Of a stretch of DNA of 64,000 bases, positions 1 to 9,162 are shown piece after piece. The notes beneath the pieces are model-generated. The model saw nothing but the letters and a program-made list of their open reading frames with translations, was not told where the DNA came from and did no database searches. The DNA comes from Marispirochaeta sp. Lineage in GTDB: Bacteria > Spirochaetota > Spirochaetia > JC444 > Marispirochaetaceae. Location: NCBI GenBank assembly GCA_963676835.2, contig CAXXFF010000002.1, forward strand, positions 1,600,001 through 1,664,000, given 5' to 3'. A program made the position numbers and the translations under genes. Positions within the stretch are counted from its first letter, which is position 1, and each line of letters opens with the position of its first letter.

Positions 1-776
1 CCGGCAGAGCACAGCCTGAGCTGAATTTGAGTATTGATGCCTCAGATTCCAACCGGGCGGTAATTATCCGTCAGTATATTACCGGGGTGATTACCCGCTC
101 TATTGCAGGCGATACAATTGCCGCTTCTCCCTTAAGGGTTCTGCCTGCTTTTCTCTACAACCGGGAGCTTGAGAGTTCGTTCTTTTTTGTTCCGGGGCTT
201 ACCGCTCTGCTGATTCTTATGGTCAGTGCTCTTCTTACCAGTCTCACCATAACACGGGAGAAGGAGCAGGGTACCTTCGATCTGATCAAACTTGCTCCTG
301 TGCATGCCTTCGAAATTATCATAGGCAAGGTTCTGCCCTATCTGGTGCTGGCCATGTTTATCGGTTTTCTGATTCTTTTCTGCGGATTTTTCTTTTTCAG
401 CATTCCCATGAGAGGCAGTGTGGTTGCATTGTTTTTTTATATTCTTCTCTACTGCCTTACGGGCCTCTCCTTCGGCATGCTCATTTCCACCGTAGCCGGA
501 AGTCAGCAGGTGGCAATGATGATCTCCATGATGGCTACCATGCTGCCAACTCTGTTTCTGTCGGGCTTTATGTTTCAGCTGGCTGCCATGCCGAAACCGC
601 TGCAGCTTCTCAGCTGGATTGTTCCGGCGAAATACTTCCTGGTCATTATCAGGGGGCTTATTCTGAAAGGGAATTCCCAGAGCGAACTGCTCTTTCAAAG
701 CGGCATGCTGCTGCTGTTCAGCATGTTCTATCTTACCCTGGCCATACGCCGGTTCAGGCACTACCTGGAAAATTAG
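1..776 (+). CDS. ABC-2 type transporter permease (5'-partial, YbhS-like)
   Basis: Frame is open from the window edge. Motifs ITREKEQGT, GKVLPY and LSGFMF, with several TM helices. Confidence 0.9.
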   Translation, partial: GRAQPELNLSIDASDSNRAVIIRQYITGVITRSIAGDTIAASPLRVLPAFLYNRELESSFFFVPGLTALLILMVSALLTSLTITREKEQGTFDLIKLAPVHAFEIIIGKVLPYLVLAMFIGFLILFCGFFFFSIPMRGSVVALFFYILLYCLTGLSFGMLISTVAGSQQVAMMISMMATMLPTLFLSGFMFQLAAMPKPLQLLSWIVPAKYFLVIIRGLILKGNSQSELLFQSGMLLLFSMFYLTLAIRRFRHYLEN

Positions 777-785
777 GAGATACCC

Positions 786-1904
786 ATGAGACGACTCGGT
801 GCAATGGTCAAGAAAGAGGTACTGCAGCTTTCCCGAGACAAGTTCTACCTTCGCTTTCTCCTTCTGGCACCGCTGCTGCAGCTGATTGTTCTGGGATTTT
901 CCCTGACCATGGAGACTGTTAATGTTCCCACTCTGATCTGTGACATGGAAAACTCAAGCTTAAGCAGGGAGCTTGTACGCAGTATCAGTACCAACGACCG
1001 CTTCAGTATCCGGGGGCAAGTCTACACCTATGAGGAACTGGAAGCCGGTATTCACAGCTGGAAGGCCAGTCTTGGACTGTATATACCGCCGGATTTTTCC
1101 TCCCGTATGGAAAAGGAAGGATTCGGTGAGGTTCAGGTTCTGATGGATGCGGTGGACGGCAACAAGGCCCTGACCGCCTACGGATACATTCAGCAGATTT
1201 TTGCCGGGGAAGGGGTGCGGATAGCCGGGGAAAACAGCAGCGGGATAGCCGGCACAACTCCTCTGCCCGCGGTGAGTCATCATTATCTTTTTAATCCGGA
1301 ACTTAAGAATGAAGCCTTTATGGTGCCCGGGGTAGTTGTGGTTATTCTTACTATTATTACCCTGCTTATAGGCTCAATGTCCCTTGTCCGGGAGAAAGAG
1401 ACGGGAACACTGGAGCAGCTTTCGGTTACGCCCATCAGAAAGGGAGAACTGATCCTGGGCAAGATGCTTCCTTTTCTTATCTATTCGTTTATAGAAGTGG
1501 TTATTATTCTGAAGGTAGCCTCGCTGATTTTTCATCTGCAGCTGGCGGGGAATGTTTTTCAGCTCTACCTGGCGGTGCTGCTCTATCTGTTCAGTACCCT
1601 GGGGCTGGGCCTGCTGGTATCGACTATTGCCTCAACCCAGCAGCAGGCTCTGTTTATTGCCTGGTTTTTCATGGTTTTTCTTATGCTCTTAAGCGGCTTT
1701 TTCATTTCCATTGAAAACATGCCCATCTGGCTTCAGCGTATTACCCTTATCAATCCTCTGCGTTATATGATGACCGTGGTCCGGGAAATTTATCTCAAGG
1801 CAACACCGCTTAAATTCATGATGGATCAGCTGCTTCCCCTGGCATTTCTCGGCGGGGGTATCTTCGGGCTGAGTATCTTTGCCTTCAGGAAGAAGGCGAA
1901 ATAA
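786..1904 (+). CDS. ABC-2 type transporter permease (YbhR-like)
   Basis: AGGAG RBS. Motifs VKKEVLQL, REKETGTLEQL, GKMLPF, LSGFF and NPLRY. Confidence 0.92.
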   Translation: MRRLGAMVKKEVLQLSRDKFYLRFLLLAPLLQLIVLGFSLTMETVNVPTLICDMENSSLSRELVRSISTNDRFSIRGQVYTYEELEAGIHSWKASLGLYIPPDFSSRMEKEGFGEVQVLMDAVDGNKALTAYGYIQQIFAGEGVRIAGENSSGIAGTTPLPAVSHHYLFNPELKNEAFMVPGVVVVILTIITLLIGSMSLVREKETGTLEQLSVTPIRKGELILGKMLPFLIYSFIEVVIILKVASLIFHLQLAGNVFQLYLAVLLYLFSTLGLGLLVSTIASTQQQALFIAWFFMVFLMLLSGFFISIENMPIWLQRITLINPLRYMMTVVREIYLKATPLKFMMDQLLPLAFLGGGIFGLSIFAFRKKAK

Positions 1905-1946
1905 AGGCTTATTGAGTATAAAAAGAGAATAAAAAAGAGAACAAAA

Positions 1947-1983
1947 AAAGCGGAGGCACCAGTCCTCCGCTTTATGTTTTTTT
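1947..1983. terminator. Bidirectional intrinsic terminator
   Basis: AAAGCGGAGG/CCTCCGCTTT stem with an A-tract before and a T-rich tract after, between convergent genes. Confidence 0.75.
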
Positions 1984-2001
1984 CGTTCTCTTCCTGTGGA
2001 A

Positions 2002-2889
2002 TTAAAGCAGTTCCATCCCTTTCAGGATCTTAACAAGCTGCTCTTTTTCTTCAGAACTCATGGGTCCAACCGGATCATAGCAGGGGCCTGCTTCGATTCC
2101 GAGGAGTTCCAGTGCTTCCTTGATAACTGTGGGGAAGGTTCCAAGAGCAAAGGCAATTCTTAAGGGAGCCAGTTTAAACTGGGATTCCAGAGAACCTTTA
2201 ATGTCTCCCGCCATGTATTTGTCATAAATATCGGCACAGATCCGGGGAGCTACGTTGGCACAGGCCGCAACAGCACCGGCTCCGCCGTAGCAGAGGTTTG
2301 CATGGATCAGGGTGTCCCGTCCGATCATTACATCAAAGTCTTTATCCAGAGTTCTGCGGATACACTCTGCAGTGTTGGTCATGTCTCCGGAGGAGTCCTT
2401 GATTCCGATGATGTTTTTAACATCCGCAAGCTTCTCAACAGTTGCAGGATTCAGGGCAACGTGAGTCTTGGGGCGGTTATCATAGAGCAGAATGTTAAGG
2501 TCGGTACTTGCAGCAATGTCAGTAAAGTGTTTAATGAGCTGATCCTGGCTGGGACTGATAAACAGGGGAGTAAGCACAGAGAGAGCATCAACCCCGACTT
2601 CCTGGGCAATCTGGGCAAGTTCAATACTTCCCCGGGTTGTGATGTGGTTTGCACCTGCATACACGGGGACACGGCCTGCAACCTGATCCTTGGTAATCTC
2701 AAGAATCATGCGGTATTCATCATTGGAAAGACAGTAGAATTCTCCTGTTGTTCCAATGGCGAAAATTCCGTGAACTCCGCCGTCGATAAGAAAGTCGACC
2801 AGCTTTCTCAGGGCTTTTTCGTTTACATTCCCCTCTTTTGTCAGGGGAGTGATCATTGCAGGCAGAACGCCGCTGGGTTTAATACTCAT
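2002..2889 (-). CDS. DapA/NanA-family class I aldolase (probably not a true dihydrodipicolinate synthase)
   Basis: GTTGE motif, catalytic Tyr (LYDNRPKT) and Schiff-base Lys (GIKDSSG). Start moved to the ATG at 2889, which follows a GGAG RBS. Confidence 0.88.
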   Translation of the reverse strand: MSIKPSGVLPAMITPLTKEGNVNEKALRKLVDFLIDGGVHGIFAIGTTGEFYCLSNDEYRMILEITKDQVAGRVPVYAGANHITTRGSIELAQIAQEVGVDALSVLTPLFISPSQDQLIKHFTDIAASTDLNILLYDNRPKTHVALNPATVEKLADVKNIIGIKDSSGDMTNTAECIRRTLDKDFDVMIGRDTLIHANLCYGGAGAVAACANVAPRICADIYDKYMAGDIKGSLESQFKLAPLRIAFALGTFPTVIKEALELLGIEAGPCYDPVGPMSSEEKEQLVKILKGMELL

Positions 2890-2957
2890 GGTATAGATCT
2901 CCTGGGTGGGTGTATTTTTTAGTATATCTCTTGTATACAAAATAGAGATATGCGCAT

Positions 2958-2986
2958 ATCATAACTGGTGCATCAGTTGTTGTCAA
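2958..2986 (-). promoter_or_regulatory. Sigma70 promoter of the aldolase gene, with an operator in the spacer
   Basis: Minus-strand TTGACA-17bp-TATGAT. The near-palindrome AACTGGTGCATCAGTT (2963-2978) fills the spacer. Confidence 0.75.
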
Positions 2987-3033
2987 TTAAATGTCTATAC
3001 CTTTTTGGGGGAGATAAGGGTGTCTGGCATTAA

Positions 3034-3083
3034 AACTGATGTATCAGATTCCAGTTGACTCAGATTTAGAACATGTTTAGACT
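3034..3083 (+). promoter_or_regulatory. Operator AACTGATGTATCAGAT plus sigma70 promoter of the Ldh2 gene
   Basis: Operator at 3034-3049. TTGACT(3055)-17bp-TAGACT(3078). Confidence 0.7.
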
Positions 3084-3125
3084 GAGCAACCGAAAATACA
3101 AACAAATAATACAGGGAGTGTAATT

Positions 3126-4193
3126 ATGGCTGGAGTTGATAGCGGTGTATTGTTTCCTTACAAAGAATTGAAAGAGTGGACCGGGAACTGTTTTTCCTCC
3201 GTAGGTGTGTCGGAAAAGGATGCTGAGATCCTGGCGGACTCAATGCTCGACGCAAATCTTCGAGGAGTTGATACCCATGGTATTACCCGGATGCTGGTTA
3301 CCTATGTAAAACGTATTCAGGTTGGAGTTATGAGTGCCGAGACCAAACTCGAAGTGGTCCGGGAGCGGGCAGGTACTGCTCTGGTTGAGTGTAACAACGG
3401 TATAGGCCAGGTGGCATCCGATTATGCCATGGATCTTGCGATCAAAAAAGCGAAGGATGCGGGAACCTCATTTGTGCTTACCCGCCACTCAAACCACTAC
3501 GGCGCTGCCGCCTACTGGTCGATGAAGGCCCTTGAGCATGGTATGATCGGATTCTCAGCAACAAATGGTCCCGCTTCGGTTGCTCCCTATGGCGGAACGG
3601 AAAAGATGCTTGGCACCAACCCATTCTCGGTAGCCATACCTGCAGATAAGGAACTTCCCTTTGTTCTCGACCTGGCAACAACAGTTGTAGCGCTGGGACG
3701 GATTTATCTCTATGCAAAGCAGGATCGGCCCCTGGAGCCCGGCTGGGCCTACGACTCCACCGGTAAGCCGACAACCAATCCCCACGAAGCGTTGAAGGGC
3801 CTGCTGGCACCTATCGGCGGATATAAGGGATATGGAATTGCCCTTGCAATTGATATGATTTCCGGAATCTTGAGCGGATCCACCTACGGTGCCCATTTCC
3901 CCGGCTTTCTTGCCCAGAACATGGAAGAGCCTACCGACGTGGGAAGTATCTTTGCTGCCATCGATATTGAGAGCTTCATGGACCTGAAGGAGTTCAAAGA
4001 GGGTATGGATACTGCCATTAAAGAGATCAAGGCATGTAAAAAGGCCGAGGGTGTAGACCGTATCTATATTCCCGGAGAGATAGAGTTTGCTCTCAGTGAA
4101 AAACGGATGGCCGAAGGAATTCCTGTACCCGAACAGGTTGTAGCGGATTTCCGGACGCTTGGCGCAGATCTGGGCGTTCCCTTTCTGAAATAA
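3126..4193 (+). CDS. Ldh2-family (AllD/ComC/YiaK-like) NAD(P)-dependent 2-hydroxyacid oxidoreductase
   Basis: Motifs RGVDTHG, SNHYGAA, LGTNPFS, GGYKGYG and IYIPGE. Confidence 0.92.
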   Translation: MAGVDSGVLFPYKELKEWTGNCFSSVGVSEKDAEILADSMLDANLRGVDTHGITRMLVTYVKRIQVGVMSAETKLEVVRERAGTALVECNNGIGQVASDYAMDLAIKKAKDAGTSFVLTRHSNHYGAAAYWSMKALEHGMIGFSATNGPASVAPYGGTEKMLGTNPFSVAIPADKELPFVLDLATTVVALGRIYLYAKQDRPLEPGWAYDSTGKPTTNPHEALKGLLAPIGGYKGYGIALAIDMISGILSGSTYGAHFPGFLAQNMEEPTDVGSIFAAIDIESFMDLKEFKEGMDTAIKEIKACKKAEGVDRIYIPGEIEFALSEKRMAEGIPVPEQVVADFRTLGADLGVPFLK

Positions 4194-4223
4194 ACTCACA
4201 TATAAAAACCTGATCTCATACTC

Positions 4224-4260
4224 CCGGGAATCGGCTGCAAGTTTTGCGGTTGATTCCCGG
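4224..4260 (+). other. Intergenic stem-loop (possible terminator or processing site)
   Basis: CCGGGAATCGGCTGCAA/TTGCGGTTGATTCCCGG 17-bp stem with G-U pairs and no clear U-tract. Confidence 0.5.
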
Positions 4261-4323
4261 ATTGTTTAACAATTTTTAAAGAGCTATACTCAACGCAGTA
4301 TCAGGGTTTAATGGAGACCGGAA

Positions 4324-5040
4324 TTGGCAAACAAAGACATCAGGGACAGCGCTTCCAAATCAGAAAACGATCTTCTTTTTGTTCTGGTTTCCTATATCCG
4401 GGATAACAATCTCGGCCCGGGAGAAAAGCTGCCTCCCATTCGTACCCTGGCACAGGTCTGGAATGTCTCTCCCAGTGTAGTCCGCTCGGTGCTTATCAAG
4501 GCATCCCTTGTGGGCTTTATCGAGATGGTCCAGGGCTCCGGCTGTTTTGTTAAAAACATTGAGCTGTCATCCATGACAGTTATGTTTACCCTGCTGTTCA
4601 AAACAACCATGATTCTTCAGAACTCCCAGTTTATAAATCTCTATGAGATTAAAGCAGCCGTGGAAGCTGCCATGTTTCGAACCGCAGCGAGGACCAGGAC
4701 TACCGAAGAGGTCTATAAACTGAAGAATATCCTGATCGAAATGAATAAAGTTGAAAAAGAAGATGATAACAATATCAAAATAGCCCTGGATGATAATTTT
4801 CATATAACCATTGCCAGGATGACACGAAACCCTCTCTATGAAACCCTGGTCACCTCCACTCAGCTGCTCCTCCGGGAAGATCGGCTTGGCAACGGACCAA
4901 GTGTCGGATATATCGAGCGGCATATTAAACTGTATGAAGCGATCCGTGATGGTGATGAAGAAGCTGCGGAAAAGCTGGGGAAAACGCACAGTGATTCCCG
5001 GAGAAAGTTGCTGACGAGTCTCGACGGATATATGGACTGA
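4324..5040 (+). CDS. GntR/FadR-family transcriptional regulator (wHTH + FCD)
   Basis: PGEKLPPIRTLAQ...VSPSVVR...QGSGCFV wHTH. DDNFH, NPL and HIKLYEAI in the FCD. TTG start after GGAG. Confidence 0.9.
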   Translation: MANKDIRDSASKSENDLLFVLVSYIRDNNLGPGEKLPPIRTLAQVWNVSPSVVRSVLIKASLVGFIEMVQGSGCFVKNIELSSMTVMFTLLFKTTMILQNSQFINLYEIKAAVEAAMFRTAARTRTTEEVYKLKNILIEMNKVEKEDDNNIKIALDDNFHITIARMTRNPLYETLVTSTQLLLREDRLGNGPSVGYIERHIKLYEAIRDGDEEAAEKLGKTHSDSRRKLLTSLDGYMD

Positions 5041-5115
5041 GTCCTTTTTTCCTGCTCCTTTATCTTCCCGGTCTAAGAATTCATCAATTAAAACGGCATA
5101 AATCAATAATAATTT

Positions 5116-5166
5116 AACTGATGTATCAGATATAAGTTGACGGAATTTTTAAACTCATGTTACGAT
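5116..5166 (+). promoter_or_regulatory. Operator AACTGATGTATCAGAT plus sigma70 promoter of the 2-HCT/dehydratase operon
   Basis: Operator at 5116-5131, identical to 3034-3049. TTGACG(5137)-18bp-TACGAT(5161) with TGn extension. Confidence 0.7.
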
Positions 5167-5241
5167 TCGCCTAATTGTTTATCAATTAGCCATAGAGATT
5201 ATGTTATGTGGCGAAAACTAAGGCATTTCGGAGGAATTGGA

Positions 5242-6567
5242 ATGGTTGCAAGTGGTTCAAAGGTAATGAAGGAGAAGATATACGGTATTCCGCTGCCCTA
5301 TTATGTTCTCATCGTAGGAGTAATCGTAGCTGGCTTAATGCTGGAGATGCTGCCCAATAACATGGTAGTCGGTTTCACCATGTGTATGGCATTCGGTACG
5401 CTGTTCAACTATATCGGGAACAAGATCCCCGGCCTGAACAGGTTCGGCGGTGGAACTATTCTGGCGGTTCTGGGGCCATCACTGCTGCTCTATTTTGGAA
5501 TACTTCCGGCGGGTGCCAAGGATATAGCGAAAAACTTTTTCAGCGGCTACGGCTTTTCCCACCTGATTATTGCAAGCCTTATTGTGGGAAGTATTCTTTC
5601 CATGAAAAGGGATATTCTGATTAAAGCGGGAGTGCGCTTCTTTATTCCCCTTGTAGGAACCCTGCTGTTTGTTGTGCTTATGACCGGAGTCTTCGGCGCA
5701 ATCTTCGGATACGGCTTTGCCGAGGGTGCACTGTTTGTTGCCGGTCCGATTATGGGCGCGGGAATGGGAATGTCTGCAATCCCTCTGTCAGAAGTATATG
5801 CAGGCCTTACGGGTAATCCGGCGGATTCCTTTCTTACTACCCTGGCCGCATCTGTGCTTATCGCCAATATTCTTACCATTATCGCAGCAGCCATACTTGG
5901 AAGCCTTGGAAAAATGAACCCCAACATGTTCTTCAAGGGATTTTCCGGAGAGGGCCGGGTTCTTCGTTCCGAAGGTGCAGACCTGGAAGGTGCGGATTAT
6001 GACGACGGTGATGAAAGCACCAACTCAACCACCTTTAATCAGCTGGGAGTCGGGTTCCTGACCACCGGTGCAATCTATGCCGGCGGCATTATGCTGGGAA
6101 AACTATTTCCCACCTTTCATGCATTCCTCTGGATGGTCGTACTTGCCTCAATTGCCAAGATCTTCAGTGTTTTCGGATCTGAAATTGATGAGAGCTGCGG
6201 TCAGTGGGGCAGGTTCATGACCAAGGTTCTGGCATCCGCCATGCTTGCATCCATCAGTCTTTCAATGATTGACATCGGACAGATCCTGGGACTCCTCACA
6301 GACATCCGCTTTGTCGGTCTCTGTATGGTAACTGTGTTCGGAGCAATTATCGTTGCCGGCGGTCTCGGTTACCTCATGGGCTTCTACTTTGTGGAAAGCG
6401 CCATTATGGCCGGTATCGGTCTTGCGGATATGGGTGGAGCAGGAGATGTGGCCGTACTCGCTGCTGCCAACAGATACAATCTTCTCCCCTTTCTGCAGAT
6501 CTCTTCCCGAATCGGAGGAGCACTGAATATTTTCTTTATCACTCTTCTGGCCCAGTGGACCATGTAG
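5242..6567 (+). CDS. 2-hydroxycarboxylate transporter family protein (CitS/MaeN/MleP-like)
   Basis: About 11 TM helices. Motifs GSILSMKR, PIMGAGMG..AIPLS and MGGAGDVAVLAAANR..LLPF.QISSRIGG. Start set at ATG 5242 after GGAGG. Confidence 0.9.
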   Translation: MVASGSKVMKEKIYGIPLPYYVLIVGVIVAGLMLEMLPNNMVVGFTMCMAFGTLFNYIGNKIPGLNRFGGGTILAVLGPSLLLYFGILPAGAKDIAKNFFSGYGFSHLIIASLIVGSILSMKRDILIKAGVRFFIPLVGTLLFVVLMTGVFGAIFGYGFAEGALFVAGPIMGAGMGMSAIPLSEVYAGLTGNPADSFLTTLAASVLIANILTIIAAAILGSLGKMNPNMFFKGFSGEGRVLRSEGADLEGADYDDGDESTNSTTFNQLGVGFLTTGAIYAGGIMLGKLFPTFHAFLWMVVLASIAKIFSVFGSEIDESCGQWGRFMTKVLASAMLASISLSMIDIGQILGLLTDIRFVGLCMVTVFGAIIVAGGLGYLMGFYFVESAIMAGIGLADMGGAGDVAVLAAANRYNLLPFLQISSRIGGALNIFFITLLAQWTM

Positions 6568-6600
6568 CACCGCTGAATTTACGAAGACTCTGACAATAGT

Positions 6601-6636
6601 TCAGCCTGTTCCCCGGTAAACACCGGGGCAGGCTGA
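6601..6636 (+). other. Intergenic stem-loop between transporter and dehydratase
   Basis: TCAGCCTG..CCCCGGT/ACCGGGGCAGGCTGA inverted repeat. Confidence 0.45.
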
Positions 6637-6665
6637 GCTTCCCGGAATTTTTAAGGAATAAGACT

Positions 6666-8312
6666 ATGAGACAATGGAATGAACAGGCAAACGAAGAACG
6701 GGCAGCCCTATTGTATGCCATGGGAATCACCGAAGAAGAGGCTCACCGGCCTATAATCGGTATTATCAACTCCTGGAATGAAATGAATCCGGGGCATTAT
6801 CATCTCCGCGAAGTAGTGGATATTATCAAGAAAGGGGTTGCAGCCAAAGGTGGTCTGCCTCTGGAGCTGACATCCGCCGGTCCCTGTGACGGAATGTGCA
6901 CCAATACCAGCGGTGACAGATACACCCTGCCTACCCGTGATCTGATAGCTGCGGAGGTTCAGACTCACGGCGATCTTAACAGGCTGGACGGTATGATTCT
7001 GCTTGCGAGCTGTGACAAGGTTGTTCCCGGGATGCTCCTGGGGGCGGTTATGGCGGATCTCCCCACCATCATGCTTACCGGCGGCTATATGCTTCCAGGA
7101 TATGTGGACGGTGAGATTGTCACCCTTGGTTCCGCAAAGAAGATCTACTCCCGCTATAAATCGGGAAACATGACAGAAGAAAAATACAAGGAAATACTGA
7201 GCAAATGCTGTCCCACCCCCGGGGCATGCCCCTTTATGGGCACAGCCAACACCATGTGCGCCATGGCGGAGGTCCTCGGGTTCAGTCCCCATGGAAATGC
7301 AAATGTCCGTGCCCAGAGTGAAGAGTGGCACAAGATGGCGGAAGAGTGCGGTGACAGGATTATGGATATCGTTATGGATGATATAAAGCCGTCAGATATC
7401 CTTTCTCAGGAATCTTTTTACAATACTATCCGATACTGTATGGCTACCGGAGGATCAAGCAACTCCATGCTGCATATTCCGGCGATTGCCAAAAAAGCGG
7501 GCTTCGAGCTGGCACCAGAGGATTTTGACCGCATCAGCCGGGAAGTCCCCCTGATAAGTACAATCTATCCCAACAACAAAAATATCAGCATGGTCGAGTT
7601 CGATAAGGCCGGCGGACTTCCGGCGGTGGTAAAAGAGCTGGCAGCGGCGGGCAAATTCGCAAAATCCTGCAAGGGAATCTTCGGTTCCATCGAAGAGAAG
7701 ATCGGTGTTGCGGAGAATGTGGATACAAGTGTAATACATCCTGTAAGTGATCCAATCGAAGAACAGGGAGGGCTTGCTGTACTGCATGGAAATGTGGGAA
7801 CCCTCAGTTCTATCGTCAAGTTTTCTGCGGTAGACAAAAAAGCCCTGACCTTCAGCGGTCCCGCGCGGATTTATGAATCCAACGAAGACGCATACTATGC
7901 CATGCTTAACGATGAAATAAAGAAAGGCGATGTGGTGGTTATCCGCTATGAAGGGCCTAAAGGCGCTCCGGGAATGCCCCACCTTTCATCTTTTATGGGG
8001 CTTGTTATCGGTAAAGATATGGGTTCCGATGTGGCCCTTATTACCGACGGCCGTTTCTCCGGCTCCACTTCCGGGCTGGCGGTGGGCCATGTCTCTCCAG
8101 AAGCGTATGAGGGTGGAAATATTGCGCTTATCCGGGAGGGAGATCTCATTGAGATCGATGTTCCCGGCCGAAAAATGGAATTGAAGGTAACGGATGAGGA
8201 GCTTGAAGAGCGCCGCAGGAGCTGGAAACCCGTTGAAAAACCCAGCTATGGCTGGCTGAAGATTTTTAAAGAAAAAGTGTCCAGTGCTCACTATGGTGCG
8301 ACAATCTACTAG
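6666..8312 (+). CDS. IlvD/Edd-family Fe-S dehydratase (dihydroxy-acid or sugar-acid dehydratase)
   Basis: Motifs [46 protein letters not shown] and GHVSPEA. Confidence 0.92.
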   Translation: MRQWNEQANEERAALLYAMGITEEEAHRPIIGIINSWNEMNPGHYHLREVVDIIKKGVAAKGGLPLELTSAGPCDGMCTNTSGDRYTLPTRDLIAAEVQTHGDLNRLDGMILLASCDKVVPGMLLGAVMADLPTIMLTGGYMLPGYVDGEIVTLGSAKKIYSRYKSGNMTEEKYKEILSKCCPTPGACPFMGTANTMCAMAEVLGFSPHGNANVRAQSEEWHKMAEECGDRIMDIVMDDIKPSDILSQESFYNTIRYCMATGGSSNSMLHIPAIAKKAGFELAPEDFDRISREVPLISTIYPNNKNISMVEFDKAGGLPAVVKELAAAGKFAKSCKGIFGSIEEKIGVAENVDTSVIHPVSDPIEEQGGLAVLHGNVGTLSSIVKFSAVDKKALTFSGPARIYESNEDAYYAMLNDEIKKGDVVVIRYEGPKGAPGMPHLSSFMGLVIGKDMGSDVALITDGRFSGSTSGLAVGHVSPEAYEGGNIALIREGDLIEIDVPGRKMELKVTDEELEERRRSWKPVEKPSYGWLKIFKEKVSSAHYGATIY

Positions 8313-8319
8313 TATCATC

Positions 8320-8376
8320 TAACAGGTTTGCAGGGCGGGGACGGTTGCAGCGTGTTCGCCCCTGCAAATCCTGTTA
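8320..8376 (+). terminator. Long stem-loop ending the dehydratase operon
   Basis: TAACAGGTTTGCAGGG/CCCTGCAAATCCTGTTA imperfect inverted repeat right after the stop codon. Confidence 0.55.
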
Positions 8377-8462
8377 TTACTATTGATAAAATGTATGGCC
8401 CCCTCCTATACTTGTCACAGTCTTTTTTTGAACCCATGTCTCGAGGGGATATAGAATACTAA

Positions 8463-9128
8463 ATGAATAATAAGAAGCTGAATTTCGATGATATTGAAGT
8501 CAAATCCCTCACTGATATTGTCTACGAGAAAATCAAGGAAGCAATTCTTAATGGAAAACTTGCTCAGGGGTCCCGGATCAGCGAGCGTATCTTAACCGAA
8601 GAGCTGGGAGTCAGTTCATCTCCCATCAAGCGGGCACTGCAGATACTGCAGGTTGAGGGACTGGTGGAAATCCGGCCCCGGAGCGGTACCTATGTAACCA
8701 ACAGTTTTACCAACATGGACGAGAACATTGTTATCAGGGCATACCTTGAAGGGCTTGCGGCAAAGTTTGCTGCAGAGAAGGCCGGGGAAGCCGATATTGA
8801 AGGGCTGAAGGTCCAGCTTGATATTATGGAAGTTCTTACCCGGGCCAGGAATCATGAAAAGATTATAGAGGCAAACTCAGAGTTTCATCTGGCTGTGCAC
8901 CGGATTTCACAGAATCAGTATATTCAGCAGCTTATAGATGTTCTGCGGGGATTCAGTTCCCAGTTAAGAGTACGGGTGCTGTCAGATGATGATGAGCTTA
9001 CCCGGGGCTTGAATGAACATACCGCGGTTTTCAATGCGATCCGGGAGCATGATGGTCTGCTTGCGGAAGAAATCATGCGCAGCCATGTTCTGCACACCCT
9101 CGATTTCATGCAGAATGAACCTGCCTGA
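8463..9128 (+). CDS. GntR-family regulator (wHTH + FCD), tandem paralog 1
   Basis: SLTDIVYEKIKEAIL...EGLVEIRPRSGTYV; NSEFH and EHTAVFNAI. Confidence 0.92.
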   Translation: MNNKKLNFDDIEVKSLTDIVYEKIKEAILNGKLAQGSRISERILTEELGVSSSPIKRALQILQVEGLVEIRPRSGTYVTNSFTNMDENIVIRAYLEGLAAKFAAEKAGEADIEGLKVQLDIMEVLTRARNHEKIIEANSEFHLAVHRISQNQYIQQLIDVLRGFSSQLRVRVLSDDDELTRGLNEHTAVFNAIREHDGLLAEEIMRSHVLHTLDFMQNEPA

Positions 9129-9162
9129 AATTTGTACCCCTTTCTCTTAAGGATGAATTAGT

